Below are positions 52,209-64,000 of a DNA stretch of 64,000 nt, in pieces. Made by a program: the position numbers and the translations under genes. A model generated the notes under the pieces. The model had not been told where the DNA came from. It ran no database searches and saw only the letters and a program-made list of their open reading frames with translations. Location: positions 2,418,001 through 2,482,000 of the forward strand of contig OZ231126.1 in assembly GCA_965153355.1 (NCBI GenBank), given 5' to 3'. Origin of the DNA: Flaccisagitta enflata (lineage: Eukaryota). Position 1 is the stretch's first letter; every line of letters starts with the position of its first letter.

Positions 52209-54742
52209 GTAAAGATATTGACGAAAATCAGCAAAATAAAAAGAATTGAAAAAATAAAAAGAATTGGAAAAAGAAAAAAAAAACATACAGGCTAAAATAA
52301 TAAAAAACAAAAACTAGACAGTAATATCGTGAGCAAAAATATATAGCGAACGCACTGATAGGTAATTTATGCATGAGGGATTGGCACAATAGAATCTCTA
52401 GAATATGTCCAATTTCTAGTGATGAATAAACATATATATACGCTTTCTATTTACTGAAGCAGTACTAGAATGTAACTTTTTTGGGGCAGACGTTTGTAGC
52501 AAAACGAAACCTAGTAACACAATTCCTTGTGCTTTTTTAAGGTGATCTTTCCGTGCCAATACCAACAACAACAACGGGCGCGATTTCACCACCAGCCAAT
52601 CAAAAGATGAGAGACGCATTCACGATGCGATCTGGAACACAGTTTCTCTTTGACACATGTAGTAGTAAGTAGATCATGATAAAAATGTAAGTGTTACTGT
52701 TGCTTACATGATGCAATCTGGAACGCAGATTCGCTTTGACAACAGTAATTGGATAAGTTTGACACAGATTCGCTGTGACAACAGTAATTGGATAACGACA
52801 ATGATTTAAGTGTTACTGTTGTTTTCATGATGTGATATGGAACTCAGTTTTTTTTTTTGACACATGAAGTACAGTGCGACGCATAAAAAAAGATACAAGC
52901 CAAAGTTCACGTTTAAGGGACTCAAACTCAACTTTTTGGGGTTCTTCTTGAGAGCATTTGAAAGAGCTTCAAAAAATGGAGACATTGCCAACAAGCCCAA
53001 AAAGTTTGATCAATTTGTTCAGATTATATGATAAAACAAGGACAAGTTATCTAAATCAGCGATGAAAATTGTGACCTTTTTTTGCTGCCATCAAGGAAGG
53101 AATGTTTTTACTTAAATCAACATTACGCTTAGAAGCCATGGACCAAAGCCAAAGTACCGCTCATCGCAGTATGCAAGAATGTGTATATGTGTGGCAGAGG
53201 CTCAGGGAAAAAGTTTCATAAGCATCAGAGACCCCAAACCATCGGCAGCGAGCATATTTATGATAAAAATTAAAGTAGGTACTAACATATTTATATTCAG
53301 TTAACTCTTTTTGCATTTTTTATCTTTTTGTTTTTCTTCACGTTTCAGCTAAGCATTTTTAGACGCGTTCGACACCTTTTTACCCCGCTTTATCCGTCTG
53401 TTGGTTGGTTGGGCAATGGGTTGGTTGGTTGGTGCCCTTTTTGGGCAGCGGCCCCAAAGGGGTCGATGACCAATGCTTTCACACGTATGGGGAATTTTCT
53501 CCTCCTCCTTCTCCTTCTTCTTCTCCTCCTTCGTACCCCCCCCCCCCTCAGATCCCAATCTAGAGGCCCCAATCCCAGTCTTGAGGCCCAGATCCCCGTC
53601 TCGAGGCCCAAATCCAAGCCTCCAGACCCAAATTCAAGCCTCCAGGCCCAGATCCTAGGCTGGAGGCTGAGATTTGGGCCTCAAGGGTGGGAACTGGGCA
53701 TCTTAGCTGGGATTTGGACCTTGAGGCCAAAATCTCAGTCTCAAGGCTGGAAACTGGGCCTCCTGGCAAGGATTTGAGGGGGGGGTACGAGGGAGGAGAT
53801 GAAGGAGGAGGAGGAGAAAATTCCCCATATGTGTGAAAGCATAGGTCATTGATCCCTTCGGGGCCGCAGCCCTGCTCCCCCCTCAACTATCAACTTTAAC
53901 CACAACCTGCTTAGGCAGGCCGCGGGTACCGCTGACCACCTAAAGCTTTTGCGACTATTACTTTTTTGGCTTTTTTAGCATTTGGAGCTAACTGCTCCTG
54001 CCCAAATGCCCCAGTAACCCTATCTATCAATGCCCCTGCCCACTCGCACGCGACTAGGGTAGTCGTCTATCCTGCCTTGTTAAATCTTTAATTGCACCAA
54101 CATAAGAGGCTCTGTCAGTGCATCCGTCCGTTTGACCTTTGGTTTGTTAAGCTCAATTGAAAAAATCAATGAAATTGACCAAAATCTCGTGAAATTTCTC
54201 ATGCGGTAAATACAAATCATTCTTCATCTCATCTCATTCATTTATTCATTCTCTCCTTCTTCATTCATTTGACAACCTTCATCATTCATTGCATCCATTC
54301 ATTCATCATGTTAATTGATTCATAACATTCACACATTCATTATTAATTCATTGTTCATAAATTTTCATTCATTCCATGTGTACTTCATCAATGCAGTTGT
54401 CGACTGACCTGGTATACACTGTTTGATCGACATTTTCTCTCTAGAAAAACTTAACTTCTTTTCCCGATCCTCCTTCGATTATTTTATTCCTGGTATGCAC
54501 TGTTTGATCAACATTTTCTCACTAGAAAACCTTAACTTATTTTACCAATCCCCCTTTGATTATTTTATTCCTCGTCCTTGTTTTGGGTGGTGGTTGGGTA
54601 TATAATAGGCTGGTTACCTGAAGGGTGAATTTGGCTCAAAATTTAAGATTCCTCCGCCATCTAACCATACATTCTAAGCGGCATTTGGGCAGTAAATCAG
54701 ACCAGCAGAGGTCGGTATTTGATCAAGAAACCCACAGGCAAC

Positions 54743-55670
54743 CAGGGGCGTATGGGAGCCAAAGTTTTAGGGGTAGCCACCCCCAGTTTGTGTCCCAACA
54801 AATTTTATAACCTGATGAAAACTATTTGCCTAATTTTTATGTATCTTTTAAAAAAATATTAATTAATATATGAAAGTTGGACAACATTACTACTCAACCC
54901 CACTTTACTTAAGGATGAGAGCCTTTGGAGCTCTCACTGGTGTTTAATCTGGACCCATCACAACTATCCTTAGTAGTCAAAATAACTAAGTCTATCTTAG
55001 CATTATCATGAAATGATATAAGACAACAATCCAACCAGAAAGAAAAGATCCATGATTTTAACCTGTTTGCTACAAGTGCCATTGACAAGAAAGAGTACCA
55101 GATGATTGTGCTGAACTGTGGAGGCGTAGTCCCTCACATCCATCTGATCTTCCCATTGTAAAAGGTTCATGCAACCCACAACCTAAAATCAAAACCCTTT
55201 CCACTGAATGAGACCATTCCCTCAAACATTCCATGTCAACCCAAAATAAAAAAATGCAAAGTAGTCAACATATCCCTATTACTTATAGCAAACAAATTAC
55301 CAAATGATGATGTAGCTATCCTAGGATAATCTAGATCTCAAAGGCAATGTTGTTAAAAACCATACCATTAGAGGCAAGAATCGAGAATCAACCATATGGG
55401 ATCGCCGGCATTCTATACCATGGTACTGAAATATATGAAAGTTGGACAACATTACTACTCAACCCCACTTTACTTAAGGATGAGAGCCTTTGGAGCTCTC
55501 ACTGGTGTTTTAAAATTGGTGAATTAAAACAATGAAAAAAACATTGCCCTTTCTTTCTTGTTCTCTCTCTTTCTCTCTCTCTTTTTTTTCTCTTTCTATC
55601 TTTCTTTATATTTTGTGTCCCAACAGGGGTAGCCATGGCTACCCCAGCGACCCCTTCTAATACGCCCCTG
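54743..55670. mobile_element. hAT-type non-autonomous element
   Basis: TIR CAGGGGCGTA/TACGCCCCTG; 8-bp TSD CAGGCAAC (54735-54742, 55671-55678); internal ~80-bp direct repeat (~54867, ~55430). Confidence 0.92.
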
Positions 55671-56007
55671 CAGGCAACACAATGGTAAAGTATATGAAAG
55701 CAATTTTACGCCCATTGTAACTCTATAGTGTTGCCGTGGGGTTTTCTTTCAAGATTCCGATCTCCCCTGGCCTCAATTCCTTTTTAAATATGACGTAGAG
55801 TGTATGGTTAGTTGGCTGAGGCGTTCTGAAATTTGACCACATTTGACCCTCCAGGTAGCCGCCCTAGTATATAATGCCTGTAGCATGTCAAAATCACCTA
55901 TAGTGTTGGTGATTTAGGTGTTTGGGTGGGGTGTTGGTGATGGTGATTTGGGGGTTTTGGGTGGTGGTTGAGTATACAACGCCTGTAGTATGCCAAAACC
56001 ACCCATA

Positions 56008-57552
56008 GTGTTGGTGATTTAGGTGTTTGGGTGGTTGTAGGGGTGTCGGTGATGGTGATTTGGGGGTTTTGGGTGGTGTTTGGGTATATAATGTCTTTAG
56101 TATGCCAAAACCACACAAAGTGCTGACCAACTGACATGCATACATAGCGGGCATGTGACTAAAAAGTAACAACTACATTTGGCAATTCACAGATCATTCT
56201 TTCTTTGCTTGACCCAGATACATGTTAATTTATGCACCTTTGAGATTTTTTTCAGGATTAAACCCCATTTTTTGTCGCGTGCATCGACTTGATAACCCGC
56301 TACGTCGGTTGTTCCGTTTCTCCATTTCTCCATCTGCCTGTTTTGTCCATCTCTCTGTCCATCTGCCTGGCCGGCCAGCCGTCCATCCGTCCGTCCATCT
56401 GTTCATCTGTCCGTCCATCCTTCCATCCATCACCATCAGTTTTTTCGGCGTTTAGGAGCGATTTTTGCATCACTACTCCTGCCCAATCGCTTGGGTTAGC
56501 TTTTGCATCACTGCCCCTGCCCCACCCACACGCGACTTCGGTAGCCGTGTTTAAGGCCTTGTTAGTTCAAACATGCAACTATATATGAGACTTTGTCCGT
56601 CAAATGGTCTGTCAGTTCGTTTGTCTGTCAGTCCGTAACACACAAGTCAAAAAGACGGAAAATGAATGTTTCAGAGGCTCTTTGGGTGTGTGTATTTGTA
56701 GGAGTAGGCGCGGGGTGTTGATGGGGGTTGGGTGCCCCTGCCCACCCATCTGTAATGGTAATGTGACCCCACATCACTTTGTGTTGGTGATTTAGGTGTT
56801 TGGGTGGTTGTAGGGGTGTCGGTGATGGTGATTTGGGGGTTTTGGGTGGTGTTTGGGTATATAATGTCTTTAGTATGCCAAAACCACACAAAGTGCTGAC
56901 CAACTGACATGTATACATAGCGGGCATGTGACTAAAAAGTAACAACTACATTTGGCAATTCACAGATCATTCTTTCTTTGCTTGACCCAGATACATGTTA
57001 ATTTATGCACCTTTGAGATTTTTTTCAGGATTAAACCCCATTTTTTGTCGCGTGCATCGACTTGATAACCCGCTACGTCGGTTGTTCCGTTTCTCCATTT
57101 CTCCATCTGCCTGTTTTGTCCATCTCTCTGTCCATCTGCCTGGCCGGCCAGCCGTCCATCCGTCCGTCCATCTGTTCATCTGTCCGTCCATCCTTCCATC
57201 CATCACCATCAGTTTTTTCGGCGTTTAGGAGCGATTTTTGCATCACTACTCCTGCCCAATCGCTTGGGTTAGCTTTTGCATCACTGCCCCTGCCCCACCC
57301 ACACGCGACTTCGGTAGCCGTGTTTAAGGCCTTGTTAGTTCAAACATGCAACTATATATGAGACTTTGTCCGTCAAATGGTCTGTCAGTTCGTTTGTCTG
57401 TCAGTCCGTAACACACAAGTCAAAAAGACGGAAAATGAATGTTTCAGAGGCTCTTTGGGTGTGTGTATTTGTAGGAGTAGGCGCGGGGTGTTGATGGGGG
57501 TTGGGTGCCCCTGCCCACCCATCTGTAATGGTAATGTGACCCCACATCACTT
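56008..57552 (+). repeat. 773-bp near-perfect tandem duplication
   Basis: 56008-56779 equals 56781-57552; identical ORFs offset by 773. Confidence 0.97.
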
Positions 57553-57622
57553 GTTTGCAGCTTTGAAGAACTTCATTATAGCAATTAGAAAGAAATGACA
57601 AGAGAAAAAGATGTTCTGCATG

Positions 57623-57793
57623 TTTTTAGTCGCGGACAAGCGACTCTATAAGAGGCTTCGTCCGTCCGTCCGTTGGTCGGTCGGTCGGTCGGTTGGTTGG
57701 TCCATGGTGATCAAGCTGGAAAGTGTGAAAATCCACATTTCCGCCCCTGCCCACCCGTCCGCGACTGGTATTGGCCGTGTATCCGGCCTTGTT
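57623..57793 (+). mobile_element. Short DINE-1/HINE-like interspersed element (related copies ~97-270, 10968-11090, 51413-51690, 53356-54081, 56268-56563, 57041-57336, 58345-58500, 58582-58776, 62635-62993; minus-strand pieces ~1095-1165, 1414-1456)
   Basis: Shared TTTTTAGTCGCG..CGCGACTCTATAAGAGGC 5' hairpin, (GTCC/GTCG)n, CCCTGCCCACCCG.CCGCGACT, 3' GCCGTGTATCCGGCCTTGTT hairpin; T-flanked, no TSD. Confidence 0.8.
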
Positions 57794-58195
57794 TACCTAA
57801 ATAAGCCTGCTGCCGATGGTTTTTGGTCACTGAAGGTCATGAAACTTCGCGTTTTGTTTTAATTCACACAGATGCCAGATACGACTCAAATGGAGGCCAT
57901 TTTGAAGGGCTTTCCAAATGTCATGGATTTTTATCAGTTCAAAGTCAATACAAAGCATCTAGATATGGGTAAAGTCAATTTTAAGAATCATTTGAAGATC
58001 TTGCATCAATTGACAACACCTAGTTTTCAATTTATGATAAAATCTACTCAAATTGATCAAAATGTCTGTGATTGGTGCCAATTACTTCATTTCTTCCAAC
58101 TCTGTGGATTCCTACGGAAAAAAGTTTTTTTATGTGAATTTAGAGCATAGAAATCTTTAATATAAAGTTTTTATCTTTTTTTATGCATCGCACTG

Positions 58196-59100
58196 TAGTA
58201 AGTAGATCATGATAAGAATGTAAGTGTTACTGTTGCTTACAGGATGCGATCTGGAACACAGATTCGCTTTGACACTTGTAGTAGTAAGTGGATAGCGACA
58301 ATGATTTAAGTGTTACTGTTTTCATGATGTGATCTGGAACTCAGTTTTTAGTTTCGGACACGCAACTCTATAAGAGGCTTTGTCCGTCAGTCCGTCCGTT
58401 GGTTGGTCGGTCCATCACATTCAAGTTGAAAAGTAGGAAAACGCGCATTTCCGCCCCTGCCCACCCGTCCGCAACTGATGGCCGTGTATCCGGCCTTGTT
58501 CTTTGACACATGAAGTAGTAAGTAGATCATAATGAGGACATAAATATTACTTTTCCTTTCACAATGCGATCTGGAACACAGTTTTTAGTTGCATGTACGC
58601 GACTCTACAACCCACTTTGTCCGTCGGTTGGTCTGTCGGTTGGTCGGTCACACTTTACTTTTTTATATGATTTCATTTCTTTGACCTCACTGCTCCTTCT
58701 TAAATGGTGTGATGACCTCAAATATGGCCCCTGCCCACCCGCACGCGACTTTGGTAGCCATGTATCCAGCCTTGTTCTTTGATCAAAACAAGGTGTAAAT
58801 TGGCCATTGAGTTCACAATGCGATCTGGAACACAGTTTCTCTTAGATACATGTTTTAGACTAGTAGAACATAGATCTCAATGAAGACATAAATGTTACTC
58901 TTTCCTTTCACAATGCATTCTGAAACACAGTTTCTCTTCAACACATGTAGTAGTAAGTAGATCACGCTGAAGATGTATATGTTACTGTGGCTTTTCCAAT
59001 GCGATCTTAAACACACTTTCTCTTTAGCACATGAATAAGTTAGGAAATGACAATATGTAAATGTTACCATTGCTTTACATTTCGATTTGGAACACAAAGT
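58196..59100 (+). repeat. Local ~85-bp tandem repeat (continues from ~52620-52871)
   Basis: GATGCGATCTGGAACACAGTTTCTCTTTGACACATGTAGTAGTAAGTAGATCA recurs on both sides of the TA element. Confidence 0.85.
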
Positions 59101-59182
59101 TTTTGTCTACAAAAGGTATTCTAAAAGCGACATGCCACCCACCATGAAAATACAAAGTGTATTGCAAATTGTCATTGGCTAG

Positions 59183-62100
59183 GTGGATCTCCTGCTGGAC
59201 CTTGTCAGCCCTGGTTTCGCTTTACTAGACTAATGGATGATTTGCAGAGACCCACAGGTGATATTACCTCCAAGACTGAGGGAGTGTTTCTAGTGACGAC
59301 CAAAAAAATGTTCCTTCCCGTTGAACGCGTTTACAGGGTGAACAGCCATAAACACATATGAATTTCAACTGTCCCACGAGGGAGTGAGCGGAGTGAATGA
59401 GCAAAACCGTGAATGGATCGAGTGAGTGGAGCAAGCGTAGCAAAGCGTATCACTGTGTAGCGAGTGAGAAAGTGAGCAGTGCGAGTTAACAAACGTAGCG
59501 AGCAACCGAGTGGCCCGTTTAAAATGCGATTTTCTGTGACTAGAAATCCGCCCCTAGTGATGGTCATCTACGCAAAAAGAATTTGTACAATTAGATAATT
59601 TTTATTGCAGCCCCTCGAAGTTCAATGTTGTGGAAACGCCACTTTTTCGAACTTGAAGATGATGAGACAGATATAAGTTTGGAAAGACTGTATCTTTTCG
59701 CCCAAGCTGCTGTTTATACCTGCACGGTGAATGATGATAAATATCATTTGAATAGATCGATTGGTGGATATGGCTCAATTCTAACATATTTTTTTCATAA
59801 TCAGGTTTATTCACCAGTGAATCCCTCCGCTATAACAATCGATTCTCAGTAAGTTTCCTAAATTACATCTGTGTCATCGCCATTCTGTCATGAGATGTAT
59901 AAAAGGAATTAATTTGTAAATTTTTTTCATTATTATTGATCTTTCTGGTTTTTTTTTCCAAGGATGGAACAATGTTTTGATCAGCCCGCCGTACATGCCA
60001 TTTACACAATCATGCTGCCATCGCCGAAGATGATTGATGTAGAATGTGATGCAGGTTTCTCTCTCCAGTCATAGAAGCGTGACATGATATCTTGGCTATG
60101 ATTGATTATCTAGCAGTTGAGATTGTCGATTTACGGCCGAGATTCTTTTGAAGAACTAAAGCCAATATGCAATTACCAAACATGCCAGATTGCAAAAAAA
60201 AACAAAAAACAAAAAAAAAAAAAAAACAAACATATTTGCTTTTTTATAACAGGGCTTGTTTTTTTTTTGTTTGTTTTTTTTTTCAGGGAATGTTGCTCTT
60301 TTGAAAAGATCCGCTTCACACCCTGATGACAAAAACAATAATTTCAACAATCAAGACTTAGCCTCATCCACAGCTGGTTTCTTTGAAAACAAGTAAGATC
60401 TTGGACTACAGGTATAGTCTGATGTCTGATGTCATGACAACTGATGATTCATCCTACTTAATACTTTTTTGTTTGTAATATCTTGAAACAGAAACTCATA
60501 TTGGCAAGGTGCCGAACTGATGGTTAAGATGACTACGACAGAGAAAGTTCTCTCAGTGGAATTCAAAGATACGGGAGGAACTTCGTTATTTGAATATGTG
60601 ATCAAGGGAAAGATTTCATCGCTGCCTTCTTTCTATATAGATACTGTTTGTTCCCTTAACAAAGAAGACTATTTCAGGCGAGTTTAGCGACTAGTTAGCA
60701 AGTGGTAGGCAAAAGATACAATTCAATTGGTGGAAACAAAGTACTGATATCTTGCACTCGCTTGTTTATTATTCAATATACAGTGTACAAAACCCAATTT
60801 TTGCTTTCAACCTCAAACTCATCCTAAGCCCAAGCCCATTCCTGAGTCTCACGTAACAGGCTAACACCACCCCTAACCACACCTCTTACCCTAACTCTTA
60901 GTCCCACCCCTGGCCCTCACTTAAACCCCACTTATGACCCAAATGGGCAGTTTGCCAGGGCGTGTTTCTAGTGAAGATGAAAAACGCGTTCACAGCGTGA
61001 ACACACATTCACAAATTTCAACTGTCCTACGAGGGAGTGAGCAAAGTGAGTGAGCCGGCTGGTAAATGGCGGGCTGCAAAGCAAGTGAGCGGTGCGAGCA
61101 AACGAACGTAGCGAGCGACTGAGTGGCCTGTTGAAACGCGAATGTCTTTTACTAGAAACCCTCAGTCACTTCAATTCAATTATACATTCAAATTGTGACA
61201 TACAAATTGCAGTGTTTTGGATGGGGCCAAATTCAAGGCAGGACCAACCACACCCACGCCTGAGTTCTTTTGGTGGTACCAAGGTAAAAAATGAAACCAA
61301 GTAATGTCATGAACAGTTGAGACAAATTACTACCTAGAACATAAGTCGTTGTCCACCTGAAGCTCATATCCTGGCCCTGAGGCTCAAATCCCAGCTTTGA
61401 GGCCCAAATCCTTGTCTCAAGGCCCAAATTTTAGCCTCAAACCCCAAATCCCAGCCTCGAGGTTCAAATCCCAGCCTCAAGACTCAAATCCCAGCCTCAA
61501 GACTCTAATCCCAGCCTTAAGCCTCTAATCCCAGCCTTCGAGGCTCAAATCCCAGTCTGGACCAAAATCACAGCCTCAAGGCTCAAATCACAGCCTTCGA
61601 GGCTCAAATCCCAGTCTGGACATAAATCACAGCCTCAAGGCTCAAATCACAGCCTCGAGGCTCAAATCACAGTGTTGATGCTCAAATTCAAGCCTAGAGC
61701 TTCTAAACTTACTAAGCATAGGTCATCGGCCCCTTCGGGGCCGCTGCCCCTCTCACCATCACACACCCGCATATACTCACACAGGGGCAACGGGTACCGC
61801 TGACCATCTAACGCTTTTAGGACTATTTGATATGACTTTGCCATTGTGTGATTATCATGTCTCGGGAATAAATCCATTTGTTAATTCCAAAATTCCAGGT
61901 AAATTTCCAGACGTCCAAAGGGGGTATATTTTAGGCCTCATATGACTGCTGAATGCCTGTTTTAGGGCTGGAGGGCAGATTTCAGGTTTGAAGGGCAAAT
62001 TTGAGGCACGGAGGGTTGATTTGATGCTTGGAGAGCTGGAGGGCAGATTTGAGGACTGGAGGGCTGATATGAGGCATTTGGGGGTTGTTTTGAAGCCTTG

Positions 62101-63555
62101 GGGGGCTGATTTCAAGTCTAAATGGTTTGAGGACTGGAGGGTTAAATTGAGGCCTGGGAGGGCTGATTTGAGGCCTTGATGGTCAACTGGGCGGAAAGGA
62201 CGGAAGGACGGACATCTGTAAATACCCCCCTGTGTTCAACAGGACATTGGCCCTTTGGGGCCGCTGCCCAAAAAGGCTTCATTCTTGTTATTTGCAAACT
62301 GAACTGAGCTGAGAAAGTATAGGTAAATGTAGGTGAATTGGTGACCCAAAGAACTCGTAATGCTTTTGAAAAATGTTACCAATTAGAGCCATCAGTTTCA
62401 AAATTATTAGTTATTAATTGTTTCCTGATTTCAGGACCATCATTGGATCCTTACTGTACCATTGATAAATCCATGTTCCCAACTGCAAAGGGAACGGGCT
62501 TTGGATGGACTTTTCATCAAAGTAAGTCGTTTCCTTTTTCCATTTCTATTTTTTGTGGATCTCAATTCTCTTGACTCTTCTTCCGGCCATTAAATTGGTT
62601 CAAAAAAGCACCGAGACCAAAAAGCATTTTTGCATTTTCAAGTGCGTCCTCGCACTTCTATAAGAGATCATGTCCGTCGGTCGGTTGGTTTGTCGGTTGG
62701 TTGGTCGGTGGGTCTTTCGATCACGCAAACGTTTGAAACGCGCAAAATGGCTATTCGGACGTATTTCTTTATTCCTATCACCTTTCAAGCCATACCACAT
62801 TCATTTTCATTCATTTATTCATTCATTCAATCATTCATTCAATCATTCATTCATTCATTCAATCATTCATTCATTCATTCATTCATTCATTCATTCATTC
62901 ATTCATTCATTCATTCATTCATTCATCAGAAACGTTCATTCACAAATTCTTAATCAAGCTAGGCGCACTTATTGGCCATTACTTGGCCTTGTTGGTTTAG
63001 TAGTAATATTGTCCATTTTTTTTGTGCTGTACTTCTGTATAATGCCCCCACAAAGCCGCATTAACATAACGGGTTATAGAGTTGCGTGCGTGTGACAAAA
63101 AAGTAAACTGTAAAGTGCATTTTCTTCATCTTTTAGATGTGGACAAGATTACGCTGAAACTTCGGAGAAAGAAACCCGCCGAAACTTGCACAAATCTCCA
63201 AGCTCATAAATGGTTATTCTTCCGCTTTGCATTATATTAATGACAGTGGGTGTAATCTTTTCTTGTTGAACCCCGCTCCAACGGATCCGCTAACAACTGA
63301 ATTTCTCCTTTTACAGTTACTTATTCTTTGTTCCTTCTGCCAATTTTATTTCATTTCTCATATTGGCTATAATAGAATTCTGCCTATAAAAGATGAAATC
63401 TATTTGTCCCTCCCAAATCCATTAGAGCGGGATTAGACTGCATAAACTTCAATTTCAATCAGCTGCTGCCATTTATATTTACAGGGACAAATGTGCATTG
63501 GTCCCCACCCCGACAACCGTCGCACTTGACAAAATTCTCATTTTATTCAACATTG
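59183..63555 (+). CDS. FReD gene, downstream exons 59183-59257 (tentative), 59611-59726, 59805-59848, 59963-60054, 60287-60392, 60492-60677, 61213-61283, 62435-62521, 63137-63212, 63485-63555; continues beyond last exon
   Basis: Ten exons chain in frame with compatible phases. Translation includes C...IYTI..P.MIDVECD...LLKR...NF...AGF...SYWQGAE..MT...LSVEFKD..G...LDGAKF...WWY...C...GFGW...KITLKLRRK, the ordered motifs of a divergent fibrinogen C-terminal domain. Confidence 0.7.
59286..59548. mobile_element. Short TIR element GTTTCTAGT..ACTAGAAA (second copy ~60964-61159)
   Basis: Both copies share ATTTCAACTGTCC.ACGAGGGAGTGAGC and GAGTGGCC.GTT.AAA. Confidence 0.7.
61350..62275. mobile_element. 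Interspersed repeat family with GGGCAGCGGCCCCGAAGGGGCCGATGACC ends and ~21-bp CCTCAAGGCTCAAATCCCAG internal array (also ~53440-53955)
   Basis: Shared motifs at 53442, 53845-53945, 61720-61815, 62245-62272. Confidence 0.65.
62798..62930. repeat. (TCAT)n microsatellite
   Basis: Directly visible. Confidence 0.95.
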
Positions 63556-64000
63556 GTAAGGAGTCTTCTGATTATGCTTTTGGACACGCTTGCTACCTAA
63601 TCTGAACAACCCCATTCTCCAATTTTTCACTTTCTGTTTCTTTTCCTGCATCTTTTACTAGTAATGGCGGCTATCACCGTGAGAAAAAAAGTCGACTTTT
63701 CATTTGTTAGATCAAATCATGAGCACTTAATCAGAGAAAAATAAGACTAAGTCAAATGAGCTAGATGAACAAAAATGCTCAAAATCACACAACCAGACAA
63801 CCAGCTATACTCACTGACATGCTTTCTTGTATTTGCATGCTCATATCAAAACATTTATAAATCTATTCTATTAAAAATTGATTGAGCTAAATGAGCTAAG
63901 TGAGTTAGAATACTTAAAATTACCCTCACAGATGAGCAGGTATACTCATTGATATGCTCTTTTGTATCTGCTCTCTCTTTCTCTCTTTCTCTCTTTCTCT

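Larger units (their letters stand above)
52872..58195. mobile_element. Tc1/mariner-type non-autonomous element (TA TSD) expanded to 5.3 kb by nested insertions
   Basis: TA|CAGTGCGACGCATAAAAAAAGATA ... TATCTTTTTTTATGCATCGCACTG|TA; splits a unit of a local ~85-bp tandem repeat. Confidence 0.85.

Noticed and set aside
52490-52610. Candidate extra FReD exon (DVCSKTKP...FLR, or the NNGRDFTT frame)
   Set aside because: I could not reconcile its phase with both neighbouring exons; left unresolved
55085-55165. Possible FReD exon (RVPDDCAELW...)
   Set aside because: Lies inside a TSD-bounded hAT element and has weak splice sites

Overview
AT-rich, repeat-dense eukaryotic (animal, probably invertebrate) genomic DNA with spliceosomal introns. 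Three coding units are supported. (1) An orphan ~544-aa gene with a C2H2-type zinc finger (2891/2992-4623, +). (2) The 5' part (7 exons, ~418 aa) of a phosphorylase kinase regulatory alpha subunit gene (10196-12754, +), with no continuation found in the window. (3) A multi-exon gene with two divergent fibrinogen-related (FReD) domains (50757->63555, +), with no 5' end found. Between the two incomplete genes lies a ~32-kb non-coding composite element (18277-50582) bounded by ~75-bp CAGGG..CCCTG inverted termini without a target-site duplication. It is built from an ordered series of satellites and contains a ~22-kb palindrome centred near 30900, plus a further head-to-tail arm. The rest is nested non-autonomous DNA transposons: Helentron/DINE-1-like elements (including a head-to-tail dimer), hAT-type MITEs with 8-bp TSDs, TA- and TTAA-TSD elements and a foldback element. 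Microsatellites and a 773-bp tandem duplication are also present. Most ORFs in the supplied track are repeat artefacts. All family assignments are by eye, with no database search, and repeat boundaries are approximate.
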